Below, in pieces: positions 1-10,645 of a stretch of DNA of 64,000 nucleotides (its first letter is position 1; every line of letters starts with the position of its first letter). The stretch is from Macrostomum hystrix (lineage: Eukaryota > Animalia > Platyhelminthes). The stretch lies in NCBI GenBank assembly GCA_950097015.1, contig CATNEN010000001.1, positions 16,244,001-16,308,000 of the forward strand. The letters run 5' to 3'. The notes under the pieces are model-generated. The model ran no database searches, was not told the DNA's origin, and saw only the letters and a program-made list of their open reading frames with translations. A program made the position numbers and the translations under genes.

Positions 1-2212
1 CCGTGCCTACCCCAAGCAGTGCTCGAAACCGGCTAAAAGTCTAAGAAGAGGGTCGGACTGCCCGGAATCGGACAGGGCAGGGCTAACTAGTCTACTGCCG
101 TCAGTAGCGTGTAAGTAACTGACTCCTAACCGTGGTAGCGGTGGTCGAAACGGCCCAGGCTCTTGTCACAGAAATGCGGAAAGGCTATTGGCAAAGCGGA
201 AAATGATCTCAGGTAGCGCCACCACCCAATGCGCCTACGTTGCCACCGCAGACATTTGGGAACTTGGGTCCCCCGAGTACACAGCTCCTAGTTTATCACG
301 CAGATCTAGACAAGCCGAAAAATAGGGCATTCTGCAACTTCCGTTTTAGACTGGGGTGAGAACCCCAGAATGGATCGAGACACGCCTCAAAAGGGGATTC
401 CTGAATTTGCGCTACAGGGGTCTAGAAAGGTGGTACTAAGAACTCGAATGAGAATCCATAGCCGGAATCCTACCCATGAAACATCAGGCACATTCTTTAC
501 ATTAGACTGCAGCCTACACATTAAGTAACTAGCAAATCCGAATCTGTGTGAGATGAGGAAATCAGAGGCTGGAGAGATTAAGCAGAACCTGGCTGAGTGA
601 TTATGCAAGCGAAGGATTAATTGGTCATCGCCCTCGCTTCCGTGGCGGCAGTCGCGAAAGGCGGGGAGCAGAGAGGAAACTAGATTGACAGGGGAGTTTG
701 ACACGTACTCCTTGATCCGCCAGGGAGAGAGGAAAAACCCGCCAAGGAATTCCCCACCCCTAGCAGAGAAACACATGCTACGCTCCGCATTTTGCCTGCA
801 AATCCCTAGCTCCTTATTACTCTTATGCGCGCTTACAATTGCCTTCCTGCCGCGGCCTTCAGCTCGGCATCACCAGAACCCGCCCCCCCTAAGCGATTAG
901 CCACTCATGATAGAGGGCTGTCTAACGATAAAATAAGGGCGAAAGGGAGACATAGTAAAAGGTTTAAGTTGGTTATAAAAATAGCCCAATAAGTTAAATG
1001 ATGGCTGTAAATTAGATAGTTTATTAGGCTAAACAATTCCTAGCTCCCCTCCCACTAAGTGCCGCCTAACTTAAGGTAAATTGTCCCTTAGGATTAACAA
1101 TAATAAGCCGCTGCGCGGATTACTTAGCTGAACCTCGCTTGGCCGCGTGCTGCAGTCCCGTTGTTCTCGGGGAGAAAGGATGGGCAAAATTAGCAAGGCC
1201 GAGAAAGGAACTTCTGCGAGTTGGCAGGGGCCAACGCACTGGGAGCTCAGAGGCTCAATTTAGAGCTCACCTAAAGAGGTGGCTTGCGCTCAAGGAATGG
1301 AAACAGGCAATTGGCCTGTGCTATCTGCTCGGAGCTCAAGGCTCGAGGGTCTAAGCCCTACGTGGGTCCGGAATAGTGCTCTGGGTCCGGTGGGAGTCCG
1401 GCCCGGCAAGGAAGTAGGTCCGGGGAAGGAGAGGTAGGTCTCCCGGAAGGATAGGTAGGTTGTCCTAGGGGCAGCGCAGCGCGCTTTCTTAAATAGTCCT
1501 GCAGCACGCCAACCCCGACATCCATCAAAGCAACCCACATTCGCGCCAGCCTGTCAACGGGGAATCGAAGCGGCGATGGCCGCTCCGATTACCCAATGAA
1601 CCGACGGCGGGAAACGACAGATGTTCTGCTCGAACAGCCGTCGGCAGTCGGCCAATGATTGTTACTCCGCCAGGACAATGGGAAGCGCAGGCGCCGACCT
1701 GCCAACAGTGACATTTACATGTATCTAAAGGAGGGAGGTCATAAAGTCGAGCTGGGCTCGAATACTGTAAAGAAGTGGGGACATGAAGAATTAATGATCA
1801 CTCATAATGCCCGAGTGATTCCCAATATCTGATCGCGGTTTGGAGGAGAATTATGACCTAAACTACTCATACAATAAAAGCTGTGGCCGCGATCAGTCAT
1901 TCCTACAGGGGTCTAGACAGATCCAGGGAGAGGGGATTCGACGGCTACTTAATTCACCGCCGCCCCAAACCCGGCCCTAAGATTAATGATCGTGTTTGCG
2001 GCCAGCTGCTATGAGGGTCGCAATTATTAGGTACTTAAAAATTTGAAAAATTATGCTGGCTCACACTCCCACTCGATTCCCGCAGCACACTCCACATCAC
2101 TCCACCTTCGCTAGAGAAGAAATCCTAATGCGTACGTACGTACGGTTACTATAAATAGATTGGTGCGAGAGTAGAGAATGATCGGCGCCCCTAGTGATTA
2201 CGGTATAGCGTC

Positions 2213-2665
2213 CTATGGGGGGTGGGTGCGCATTCCAGTCGCGGCGAAATTGTTCTCGATGCCCAGGGGTATGCTCAGTCCCGGCTCGCCTTTTTCTCCA
2301 GGTGGTCGCAGCTGTGTCCATCTTTCCCTGCCCGACTTGGTTTCGGTTGCGCAATCCTGGGGGCCCGGCCGTTTTTCCTTGAGTCCGAGGGGTCCGGCCG
2401 TGCTCTCACCAGGTGGTTCCAGGTTGGTTGGCCCGTTCGCGTCCTCACCGATCCTGTTGCCGGGCATCGGTAGCCTCTGATTTGCCGCGCGCCCCAGGTG
2501 TTTCCGGCTGGCCGTGCCCGAAAATGCTCGCCGGGCCGGTTGCCTAGCCGTTGCGCGCGGTCCAATCGGCGCTGCAGCTGGTCGCAGCTGGGGAGACCGC
2601 TGCTCAGGCCGCTTGTGATTCTGTTGCCGGTCGAGGCGTCTCCTCCCCGAAAAGGTCAGGGCCAT
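2213..2665 (-). CDS. Orphan 150-aa basic, Pro/Arg/Gly-rich ORF divergent from the small gene at 2883
   Basis: ATG-initiated ORF starting about 100 bp from the promoter-like block at 2725-2780. No recognisable domain; it could be a chance ORF in GC-rich DNA. Confidence 0.3.
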   Translation of the reverse strand: MALTFSGRRRLDRQQNHKRPEQRSPQLRPAAAPIGPRATARQPARRAFSGTASRKHLGRAANQRLPMPGNRIGEDANGPTNLEPPGESTAGPLGLKEKRPGPQDCATETKSGRERWTQLRPPGEKGEPGLSIPLGIENNFAATGMRTHPP

Positions 2666-2724
2666 AACAACTAAACTGTCACTAGGGTCCCCCTATGCTG
2701 GAATTCCCCACATTCCCAACTGTC

Positions 2725-2780
2725 TTCCTATTGGCTGGCGCTCCCGCCACTTTACCCCTAAACTTAGGTGCTATAAAAGC
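2725..2780 (+). promoter_or_regulatory. Putative Pol II promoter (reverse CCAAT, E2F/GC-box-like motif, TATA box)
   Basis: ATTGG at about 2730, TGGCGCTCCCGCC, and CTATAAAAG at 2771-2779, about 105 bp upstream of the ATG at 2883. Confidence 0.45.
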
Positions 2781-2882
2781 AAACACTTGACGCCCCATTA
2801 ACTCAAGCCTGCTATCTTCCACCTACCGCTGTTTGTCATCTACTCGACTGCTCGTTGCAAATCTTTTTCGACTAATCTGACC

Positions 2883-3562
2883 ATGAAGCCTACCACCCAG
2901 CCTGTTGTCCCGCTAGTCGACGCCGCGGGCCCGACCCAGCTGCTGCCTGATGAAGAAAGGTGAGTTATTTTGCTTCTACTCGGCCTCCCAAGGCCGGTTA
3001 TTAAGGGGGTTTTGCGAGAGTTATTGCATAATTATTAGAATTAACATTAATCATGACCCTTGGCACGCCCAGCTTGTTTTACTCGAAATTGATCCCTGCC
3101 CAGGCCCAGATGCCCACCCCGCTGTCAACTAAAGAAACACTGCTGGCAGTTTTCTTTTAATTAGAGTTGGGTTGGACTTTAATTTCACCTAATACCTGCG
3201 CTGGCGATCGTCGCTATCAATAACTCATGAGTTTATCGCCCACCTAATTTTTCAGAAAACAGATGCCGCCACCGCCCACGCGGATCACCTTCAGCATTCG
3301 TAAGTTGCCTGAACTTGAATTCTAAAACCTCTAAAACCCTATCCGAATCTTGCCACCATTTGAAATACTTCCAACTACCCGAGCCTATCATCAACATGGA
3401 AAACTCGCCTTCCTTCCCACAGAGATCGAAGTGCCCTTCGGGCAGACGAATATTCCGGCAATGGTTCATAGCAATGCCCTGCTGGGGCCGCTTGGCCTGG
3501 CCACGGCGGCCGGCATAATGATGGCTGTGGCGGCACTATGGTACAGCCACCACCGCCAGTGA
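2883..3562 (+). CDS. Small 3-exon orphan gene, about 86 aa, with a C-terminal hydrophobic anchor (exons 2883-2959, 3256-3299, 3423-3562)
   Basis: Donors GTGAGT (2960) and GTAAGT (3300); acceptors TTTTTCAG and TTCCCACAG; phases 2 and 1 join in frame. Product: MKPTTQPVVPLVDAAGPTQLLPDEERKQMPPPPTRITFSIQIEVPFGQTNIPAMVHSNALLGPLGLATAAGIMMAVAALWYSHHRQ. Confidence 0.55.
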
Positions 3563-4625
3563 AGTGGTCTGGAAAAAGTTCTCCTATGAAAAAGTGACCC
3601 ATAGTTTCTTTTTTCGAATTACTGGTGTGTATAGAATTTTCCTAGTGTGCCGTGCTGCCTCCGTCGTTTTTTTTGAAAAATACAATTTTGCGAGTGTACC
3701 GTGCTGCTTCCGTAGTTTTAAAAATGTGATTATTCAGCCTGCCCAGTGATTTCTAAGCGATCTCTTTCGTTAAGTTCTTCACTGTTTTTTCTTCCTCTTA
3801 GAAACCTTATGCTCCTTCATACTAGAAGAACTCCAATCGAAAAGGCAACACGTCACCTGAGCTTGCCCACTAAAGTTTACCTCCTTACTAATAGTAAGTT
3901 TTAATCTGGCCCGAAAGCATATAGCATTGTTCTTACTTAGGTGCCCGCAGTTCCATTGACTCATCCTAGTTGTAAACAACCATGTTCCCAGACTAAGTGC
4001 CCTTTCATTCTCCTTGCATTTTACGTGAGAAAGAAAACCATTTGACAACTCGCTAACCCTCCGAGCCAATGAGAACACTCCCCTTAAGTCCTATCGTATG
4101 CCCGATCGGTTCCTTGTTTTGTGACTGCCCTCAACAAACATAGAGGTGCCCAACATACCACCCCGCTCACTTTAGCGGGTTGGTATCCCTCCTAAAATAG
4201 AAATCGTCCCGAGATGCACCCCACAGACCCACCCGAAGCAAAAAGGATAAAGAAGGGTGCCATGCATAATGCGGTGCGAAAAATGTTAAATGTTTGAGAA
4301 AAGAAGGTGCACTTCCTAGTTTGCTACAATCATTGAAAACATCTCATGCGAAAATCGTACAAGGGGAATTTCACCCCATTACGTATGTTTTTGTGGTTTT
4401 GGCTAGATTATAATAATTTTTAGGCAGAATTTTGGCGCCAAGATGGCTTTAATGAAAAAGGAAAACACAACACTACGAGAAAGAGTGCGCGGTGCGAAAA
4501 GTTATTAAAGGGGAGAAGAAAAGGGGAAAGGACAAGGGGGGAACAGGGAACAGGGGCCTAAAGGATAGGGGTCCTATTCCTACAGTTCGGCGGTCACCGC
4601 CCCAATTGATCCTACCTCGCGCCTC

Positions 4626-5207
4626 CTATTCTTCGGCCTCTTCCTTGATGGGCGTGCTTTCTGCTGGTCCCTCGCTAGCTCCTTCGCCTTCCATCTCTCT
4701 CACCATGCGGCCGAGCGTGCTGTCCCCGGGCGGTGGCTCTTCGGCGATGCGATGTCCGTGGAGCCATTCACGCCAGTCCGGGTCTGCCGCTGACCTCAGG
4801 GTGACCTCTGGCATCCCGATCCGGCGCATGACCAGCTGGTGCTCCAACTCTTCCTGTCCTGGGATCCTTTTGGCCTGCAACCAGGACGCGAGCTCATCGG
4901 GGATGGTGATGCTCCAATCCTCTGGCGGGCTGTACTCCATCCACCGCAGGTTCCAAGGGAGGTTTGCTTCGTCTTCTCCCCTAGGCGGCAGAGGATCCCG
5001 CTCCTCGCACCACGCCTGGGCCAGCCACCTAGATTCTGCCAGCTGGCAGGCAAGGGCGAGGTCGACGCCTGCTTGGGCCGCTCGGCCTAACATGGGTAGC
5101 AGCCACAGGCGGACCATCAGCCAGGTCCTCTTCCCTGCCAGTTCGCGGCGATAGTCCGTGGCGGCCACCTCTAGCCACCACGCCAGGACGGTGCCAAAAC
5201 TTGCCAT
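4626..5207 (-). CDS. Orphan 193-aa Trp-rich protein with an acidic tail
   Basis: ATG-initiated ORF with protein-like composition; TATTTA box about 70 bp upstream on the minus strand (about 5278-5284); C/T tract downstream. No domain recognised. Confidence 0.5.
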   Translation of the reverse strand: MASFGTVLAWWLEVAATDYRRELAGKRTWLMVRLWLLPMLGRAAQAGVDLALACQLAESRWLAQAWCEERDPLPPRGEDEANLPWNLRWMEYSPPEDWSITIPDELASWLQAKRIPGQEELEHQLVMRRIGMPEVTLRSAADPDWREWLHGHRIAEEPPPGDSTLGRMVREMEGEGASEGPAESTPIKEEAEE

Positions 5208-5355
5208 GTCTCCGCTAGAAATGGAATATCTATCCCAAGAACGAAATGAATGTCTCCCCTACACGCGGCTCTCCCTCTAAATAGTATCAAGGCCAGAAGG
5301 GGGGGGAAGAGAAGGGGGAGGGGGGAAAAATGGGGAGGGAGGAAGTTCCTCAGCC

Positions 5356-6737
5356 CTAAAAGGCAGGCTTCCGCCTGAGCGAGAAGGGAATAGACTGGCT
5401 GTAGATAATTAGATTTCGCGAGTCAAAATCGAGAATGGCGTGATGGTGAGCCAACCAGGAAGCGCCTAGCAGGGGAGAGCAGTCGCCCTCGACCACAAGG
5501 AATAGCGTATCCAGTGCTTCGGCGCCAACCTGTAATTTGATTCTGACTTGCGCGAGTGCAACAATTGGTGTGCCATTGTAAGCAATCAGTGAAAATTGGG
5601 GGGGGGTTCGAATGGGAACTGTCGGATGATGGATGATAGCGAGTCCGGGAGCACATTGACCATAGATCCAGTGTCGATCAACAGGTCAAGGGGTGTCCCG
5701 TCCACCTCCAAGGCGACCCATACCTCGCTAAGCTTCTCAGAGCGGTTGGGGCGGGTGCGCACTCGGGTGGGGACTCGGCCGAGTGAATTCACTCGGACTT
5801 CGATGAGGGAGGCATCAACGGGGGGGCCTCGATCGCCCGAGCTGCCTGAGGCGCCTCCGGATAATCGAGCTGCCTCCAGTCGGCGGCCCCACTCCCGTTT
5901 CCCGAAGCTGCGCCTCCACGGTGCCTTCGCCGCGCCCACGGCCTCTCCTGCCTGTGGTGCCAGTGGTGTCCTGTGGTGTGCGGACAAGGAGGCAGGACCG
6001 GGGCCAGCTTCGGCTCTCACCTGCCGCACTCGGCGGCGCGGATCCCGTTCAGCTGCCATCTCAAATGCCTGGGTGGCGGCGCGCAGCTCAGCGGCAGCCG
6101 CCTCTACCGTGGCGAATTCTAGCCGCATAATGGGCGCCAACACCTCCGGGGGAGCCGTAATACCTTCTAGGAAGGAGGCCAGGAGGGCTTGCTCAAAGGG
6201 TGGGCCGCGGCCATTTGGATTGACCTGGGTGGCCACAGACCGCAGGCGGTCAGCGAACGAGGCGTATGACTCGCCTCTGTCCTGCTTAAGATTGCGCCCG
6301 CTAAGGAGCCGGGCATAGGGCGTGCAGGCGCCGCTGAGGGCCTCGGTCAGGTCTTGCACAAACCGCGGGTAGGTCACCCGGCGCGGTAGGCTCATGGCCT
6401 GGGTCAGAGGTTCGCCCCCTAGGTGAGCCAGGAGGGTGAGGATCTTTTCCTCCTCCGTCTCCAGCCCCTCGGCCTCGACTTTTAAATTGAACCGGCGCAG
6501 CCAGCGGGGAAACGAGTCTTTCGCCGACTCGAACGGCTCTAAGGCAATTTTAACCCGGTGGGCCCTAGCCCGTCGCGGCTTTAAGCGCTCCATCAGGGAG
6601 GCCAGGCGCTCCACTGGGTCTGCCGGCTGGGCTGCCGCGGTTGCTGGGGGCTCGGCTCGCGCTGCTGCTGCAGCGCGGCCTCTGGGTGGGCGGGCATTGC
6701 CAATGGCCTCCACCACCTCATCCTCCTGGTCGGACAT
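5356..6737 (-). CDS. Ty3/Gypsy-type Gag capsid fused to a complete retropepsin protease, with one frameshift in a G9 run (5598-5606); no RT follows
   Basis: Capsid-like motifs LEPFES..DSFPRWLRRF and LKQDRGESYASFADRLR; catalytic LLIDTGSMVNVL. The -1 frame after the homopolymer reads QFSLIAYNGTPIVALAQVRIKL...DCSPLLGASWLAHHHAILDF...RRKPAF, with stop at 5358-5356. Confidence 0.85.
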
Positions 6738-6860
6738 GTCGACCAAAAGAGGAAATGAGGATTTTGCGAATTAAGAGGGGGTTGTCGCTAAAGCAACACT
6801 GGGGATGAGAAAGGGTGGGCTAAGCGGGATGCTGCACACGACAGTGGCCGTGGCAAACTG

Positions 6861-7392
6861 AGCAAATGAGAAGGCCGACGAGCTGGCCAGACAAGCCTTG
6901 AGCCTCGACCAGCAGATTGACCAAGTCGGACCGACTGCGCACCGCCTCGCCGTGAGACACATGCTCCGCAGATGGAGAGCCACTCGAGACAATTGTCACC
7001 CGCACCCAAGACCTACCCCTGGCCACCAAGACCTGGACCGGTGGGGACAGGCTACGTTGTGCCAGCTCCGAGTGCTCCGCTCCTCACTCACGAGAGACAC
7101 GATGCTGCGCTTCGGCCTGGCCGACAACGACAGGTGCCCTGCCTGCAACGAACCGGACTCGGTGGCCCACCTTCTCCTCGACTGCCCAGCCTACCAACCT
7201 GCTCGCAGCGAGGCCTGGGGGAACGGCCCCATTGACCTGGAGAGGGTCCTGGAGAGCGACGCGGCCCGCATCTGCGCCCGCATCGGCATCTGGCCGTACG
7301 GCCCCGCCCATCGACGACGCCGGCGGGCGTACGACCCCCACCCGGCCATCTGCGGATGACCGGAGTAGGGAGTGAAGAGAGAGAGAGAGAGA
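6861..7392 (+). mobile_element. 5'-truncated non-LTR retrotransposon (RNase H-containing, I-group-like), 3' end only
   Basis: RNase H C-terminal motif ANEKADELARQA, CCHC finger CPACNEPDSVAHLLLDC, stop at 7359, then a (GA)n tail. Confidence 0.8.
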
Positions 7393-7743
7393 GGAGGATT
7401 TGGACCAGGCCCTGCTGGTGGAGGTGGTCTAGGTGCCAGGCTGGCCAACATGCGAGGCATGATAGTCTACTGGGTTGCAGAGACTCTAGCTAGGAACGGT
7501 CTAGAAATGGATCTCCAAGACAGGCTTGAGAGGCTGGGTGTCGAGCTGATGGACGAAGATCTTGACCTAGATGGAGAGGCCGTGGTGATTGACATGAACG
7601 AGGCAGAGTTGAAGATAGACAGAGACTATCTGGCCGTCATGTTTGTGAAGAACTGGGACCAGCGTTTTCCCACCACTATCTCCATTGCCGCAGGGCTGGC
7701 TTCAAGTTCTCCTCCGGCCACAACCACAGTGCAGAAGGCATAC

Positions 7744-9797
7744 GGGTCATTCCATATAACTTGGACAAAAAATTGAAATTTTTTTCTTCCTATTCTAGTG
7801 TTTTTAATGACTTTTATTGTAACTATATATATTTAGCCAATAAGTTCTGATTTTGATAATTAGTTTTAAAAGAGGTATCTGCTCTTTTTTGCTTTCAAAC
7901 TATGATTAAATTCTTACACATGTAATTTAGAAATTGTACCACATCTTTACTATTTAATGGAACAATAACTATTGGTGGAGTGATCAGTGGAATAATCAGA
8001 TCATGTAGTACATATGCTCTTTTTACCCATTTCAATATTAGAATATTTTTCAGTTTGTATAGAAACATCATGTATTTTGTATAAAAGTTAGTCAGCTGTA
8101 TGAATGTTACGACCAGAATGTTTAAAATGCATTCAGTTCTACTCATTGAAGTGGAAGTTATTATAGGGTGCAGGGTACACTTAAAAAACTCATTCCTTAT
8201 GGTGTCAGTATTGTCAGAAATTTTTAGACTGCCACATTTTTCCATTGAGGCTAAAAACTGCTTGTTACGACCTGAATGTTGTGGTCGTAACATCCTCCTT
8301 CTGGTCGTAACATAGACGTTTGTATGCTATTATTCTGTGATATAATGTCAATATAATTATTCTCACAGCTCAATCCCCTTCTCGATTCAACATATGATGC
8401 AAACTATTCGTTCTATAGTCATATAAGTTACATTCTTCAGCTAGTAAGCTCTTTAAGCTCTTGCAAGCTCTTAAATTAAACAATTATGGTGAAAACGAGC
8501 GCGGAAAACTCTCGGAATTTTCGTCGTCGAGCTGGCGATGTCCTTCAAGCCTCCGAGCGAGAGCGCAGTCGAGTGCGGCGTCAGTTCGCAGACAGCGCAG
8601 ATATTGCGAAGCAGCGTGCACAAGCAAGGGAGCGAATGAAAAAGATGCGCCAGCGTCACCTGCGGTACGAATCTGATTGTATTTAAGTTGTTACAGCTAT
8701 GCAGTCAAACAGTTTATGTTTTATTTATAGCTAGCTTACAACAAATAACTGTAGATCGCCAATATCAAGAAGAATCACTTCTGGTCTGCAAGCTTATCAG
8801 TCCGAGCTACTTACCGTTCGCCTCTCTCTACAATGCAAGCACTTACTGAAGCTGCTCAATCCGAGGCTCCTGCCGAGCCACCGGTGAATCATGCACTTGA
8901 AGGAAATCCTTCAGCAACGTCGGCAAGCCAAACTGCAATTTAAATTGTAGTTGGAACATGGGTGCTCGTGAACTACAATGAGTTGAAATACCCTGGCGAA
9001 GTCACCAAAATTAGGAAGTCGGATGATAGTGCCACTGAGTACCGGGTCAACGTCATGGCCAAGTCTGGTGACCGCCATTTCATGTGGCCTAAGAAGAAGG
9101 ACGAAATTTATTATTATCAAGTAGATATAATTTAGGAAATTAGCCCACCAACTCCTGTCGACAGGCGGGGCCACTTCCATTTTGATGGTCTTCCATGAAC
9201 TTATTCTTCCAACTTATGCTTCTTATGCTTGCCACAACTTCTGACTATTCAGTGATGAAAATATTGGTCTGAAATGGTTGATAACACAAAAAATAGCTAT
9301 TCTATTATTCATTTATTATTCAAAGGTAGAAATTTGCCAAGGGATAGTACTTTGTTGATCTGAAATGAAAAAAAAATTAGAAGTCGGTAGTTTGAAATTT
9401 GTTACAACCGCAATGTTACAACTGCAAGGTTTAAAACAAGTTTAATAGTTCAAAGAGTTGTTATGCAATTATTATGTGCACTATTTTTTCTTGTTGTAAT
9501 AACATTTCAACACATTATTATTCATTACAGTGCCTCTAAGATTTGTAGATTGAGTAAATTCACGAACACAAAAGACATCCTTCAACTGTTTCGATTTCTC
9601 TTGTTACGACCATCATGTAACTTAGCCTTCAATTTATTTTGTTATCATTAGTCAAATGAGTAAAACAATTTTTTTTGTGTAACAGACATATTTTGCTTTT
9701 AGAATGACTCAAATATAAACGATTTTAGCTTATTATAGGGACTAATTCATGAGCTTGTATGTAAAAATGTTACGACCATCATTATATGGAATGACCC
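7744..9797 (+). mobile_element. Non-autonomous, internally deleted Sola2-type DNA transposon
   Basis: Perfect 16-bp TIRs GGGTCATTCCATATAA (7744-7759 / 9782-9797); 4-bp TSD ATAC; repeated TGTTACGACC motifs. Retains the basic N-terminus (8486, MVKTSAENSRNFRRR...) and the C-terminal module (about 8945-9198, VGTWVLVNYNELKYPGEV...FMWPKKKD) but no catalytic core. Confidence 0.85.
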
Positions 9798-10483
9798 ATA
9801 CCGCTTGTACGAAGCCAGCGGTGTGGAGAGATCTCCAAGAAGTGGTTAAAGAGATCAGCAGCAAAGGCATCCTAAAGAAAGACCTTGCGGAGTACCTCTG
9901 CGATAAGTTTGGCAGATCAGCCATCAGGGAAGACATGCAGGCGACAATCGACCACCTGGCAGACTTCCCTGACGAGATCAAGCCGAGAAGTGAGCCTAAG
10001 AATTTCCCCAAGCTCATCTGCATGCTGACAGATGTGCCCTGCCCTGCTGCTAAGGGCAAGATTCTGAAATGGGATAAAGAACCAGTCCTTGAAGTGATCA
10101 GGAAGGCCACAATCAAGAAGTGAGGGCCGACTCCCTCACTCAACTGGCAGCACCTGGTTTAATAGAGGTGCTGTCTCTGCAGTGGTCTGTTTTTCTTTCT
10201 TTTCTCTTGATTCCTCATTCCCTTTTCTGCTCACAGTTCTACTCACATATGGAAACCCAGCACTCTCCAAATACAAATTTGCTTCATTCCAATCAATTTT
10301 ATTTCATTTTATTTCACTTTATTCTATTCAATTTAACTTAATTTCAATTTATTTCACTTGTTTTGTTTGTACTGCACCACCCTGATGGTGTTCCGAACTG
10401 TTAATGCCCTCTGACACACAAACCCATACAAAAAGCCTCTCATTATCCATAGTCAGGAAGGTGGCCTCTGAGGCGGAAAATTC

Positions 10484-10645
10484 CGGCGCACACAAAGGGT
10501 CTCGGAGCACATCGGCGCACAAGCGCGGCGCACACAAAGGGTCTCGGCGCACATCGGCGCACAAGCGCGGCGCACACAAAGGGTCTCGGCGCACATTGGC
10601 GCACAAGTGCGGCGCACACAAAGGGTCTCGGCGCACATTGGCCCA
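10484..10645. repeat. Left subterminal array of the hAT element (42-bp unit, about 4 copies, GGCGCACA cores)
   Basis: GGCGCACACAAAGGGTCTCGGCGCACATCGGCGCACAAGCGC repeated in tandem. Confidence 0.9.

Larger units (their letters stand above)
6775..10123 (+). pseudogene. Intronless orphan coding sequence broken by the LINE and the Sola2 derivative (pieces about 6775-6860, 7393-7743, 9802-10123)
   Basis: Removing 7744-9801 joins ...TTTVQKAY to RLYEASGVER; a slip in GAGAGA (about 9826) continues into DLQEVVKEISSKGILKKDLAEYL...IRKATIKK*. Confidence 0.45.

Noticed and set aside
4492-6774. Plus-strand ORFs of 220, 240 and 112 aa
   Set aside because: Antisense shadows of the GC-rich minus-strand genes, with non-ATG starts and no motifs.
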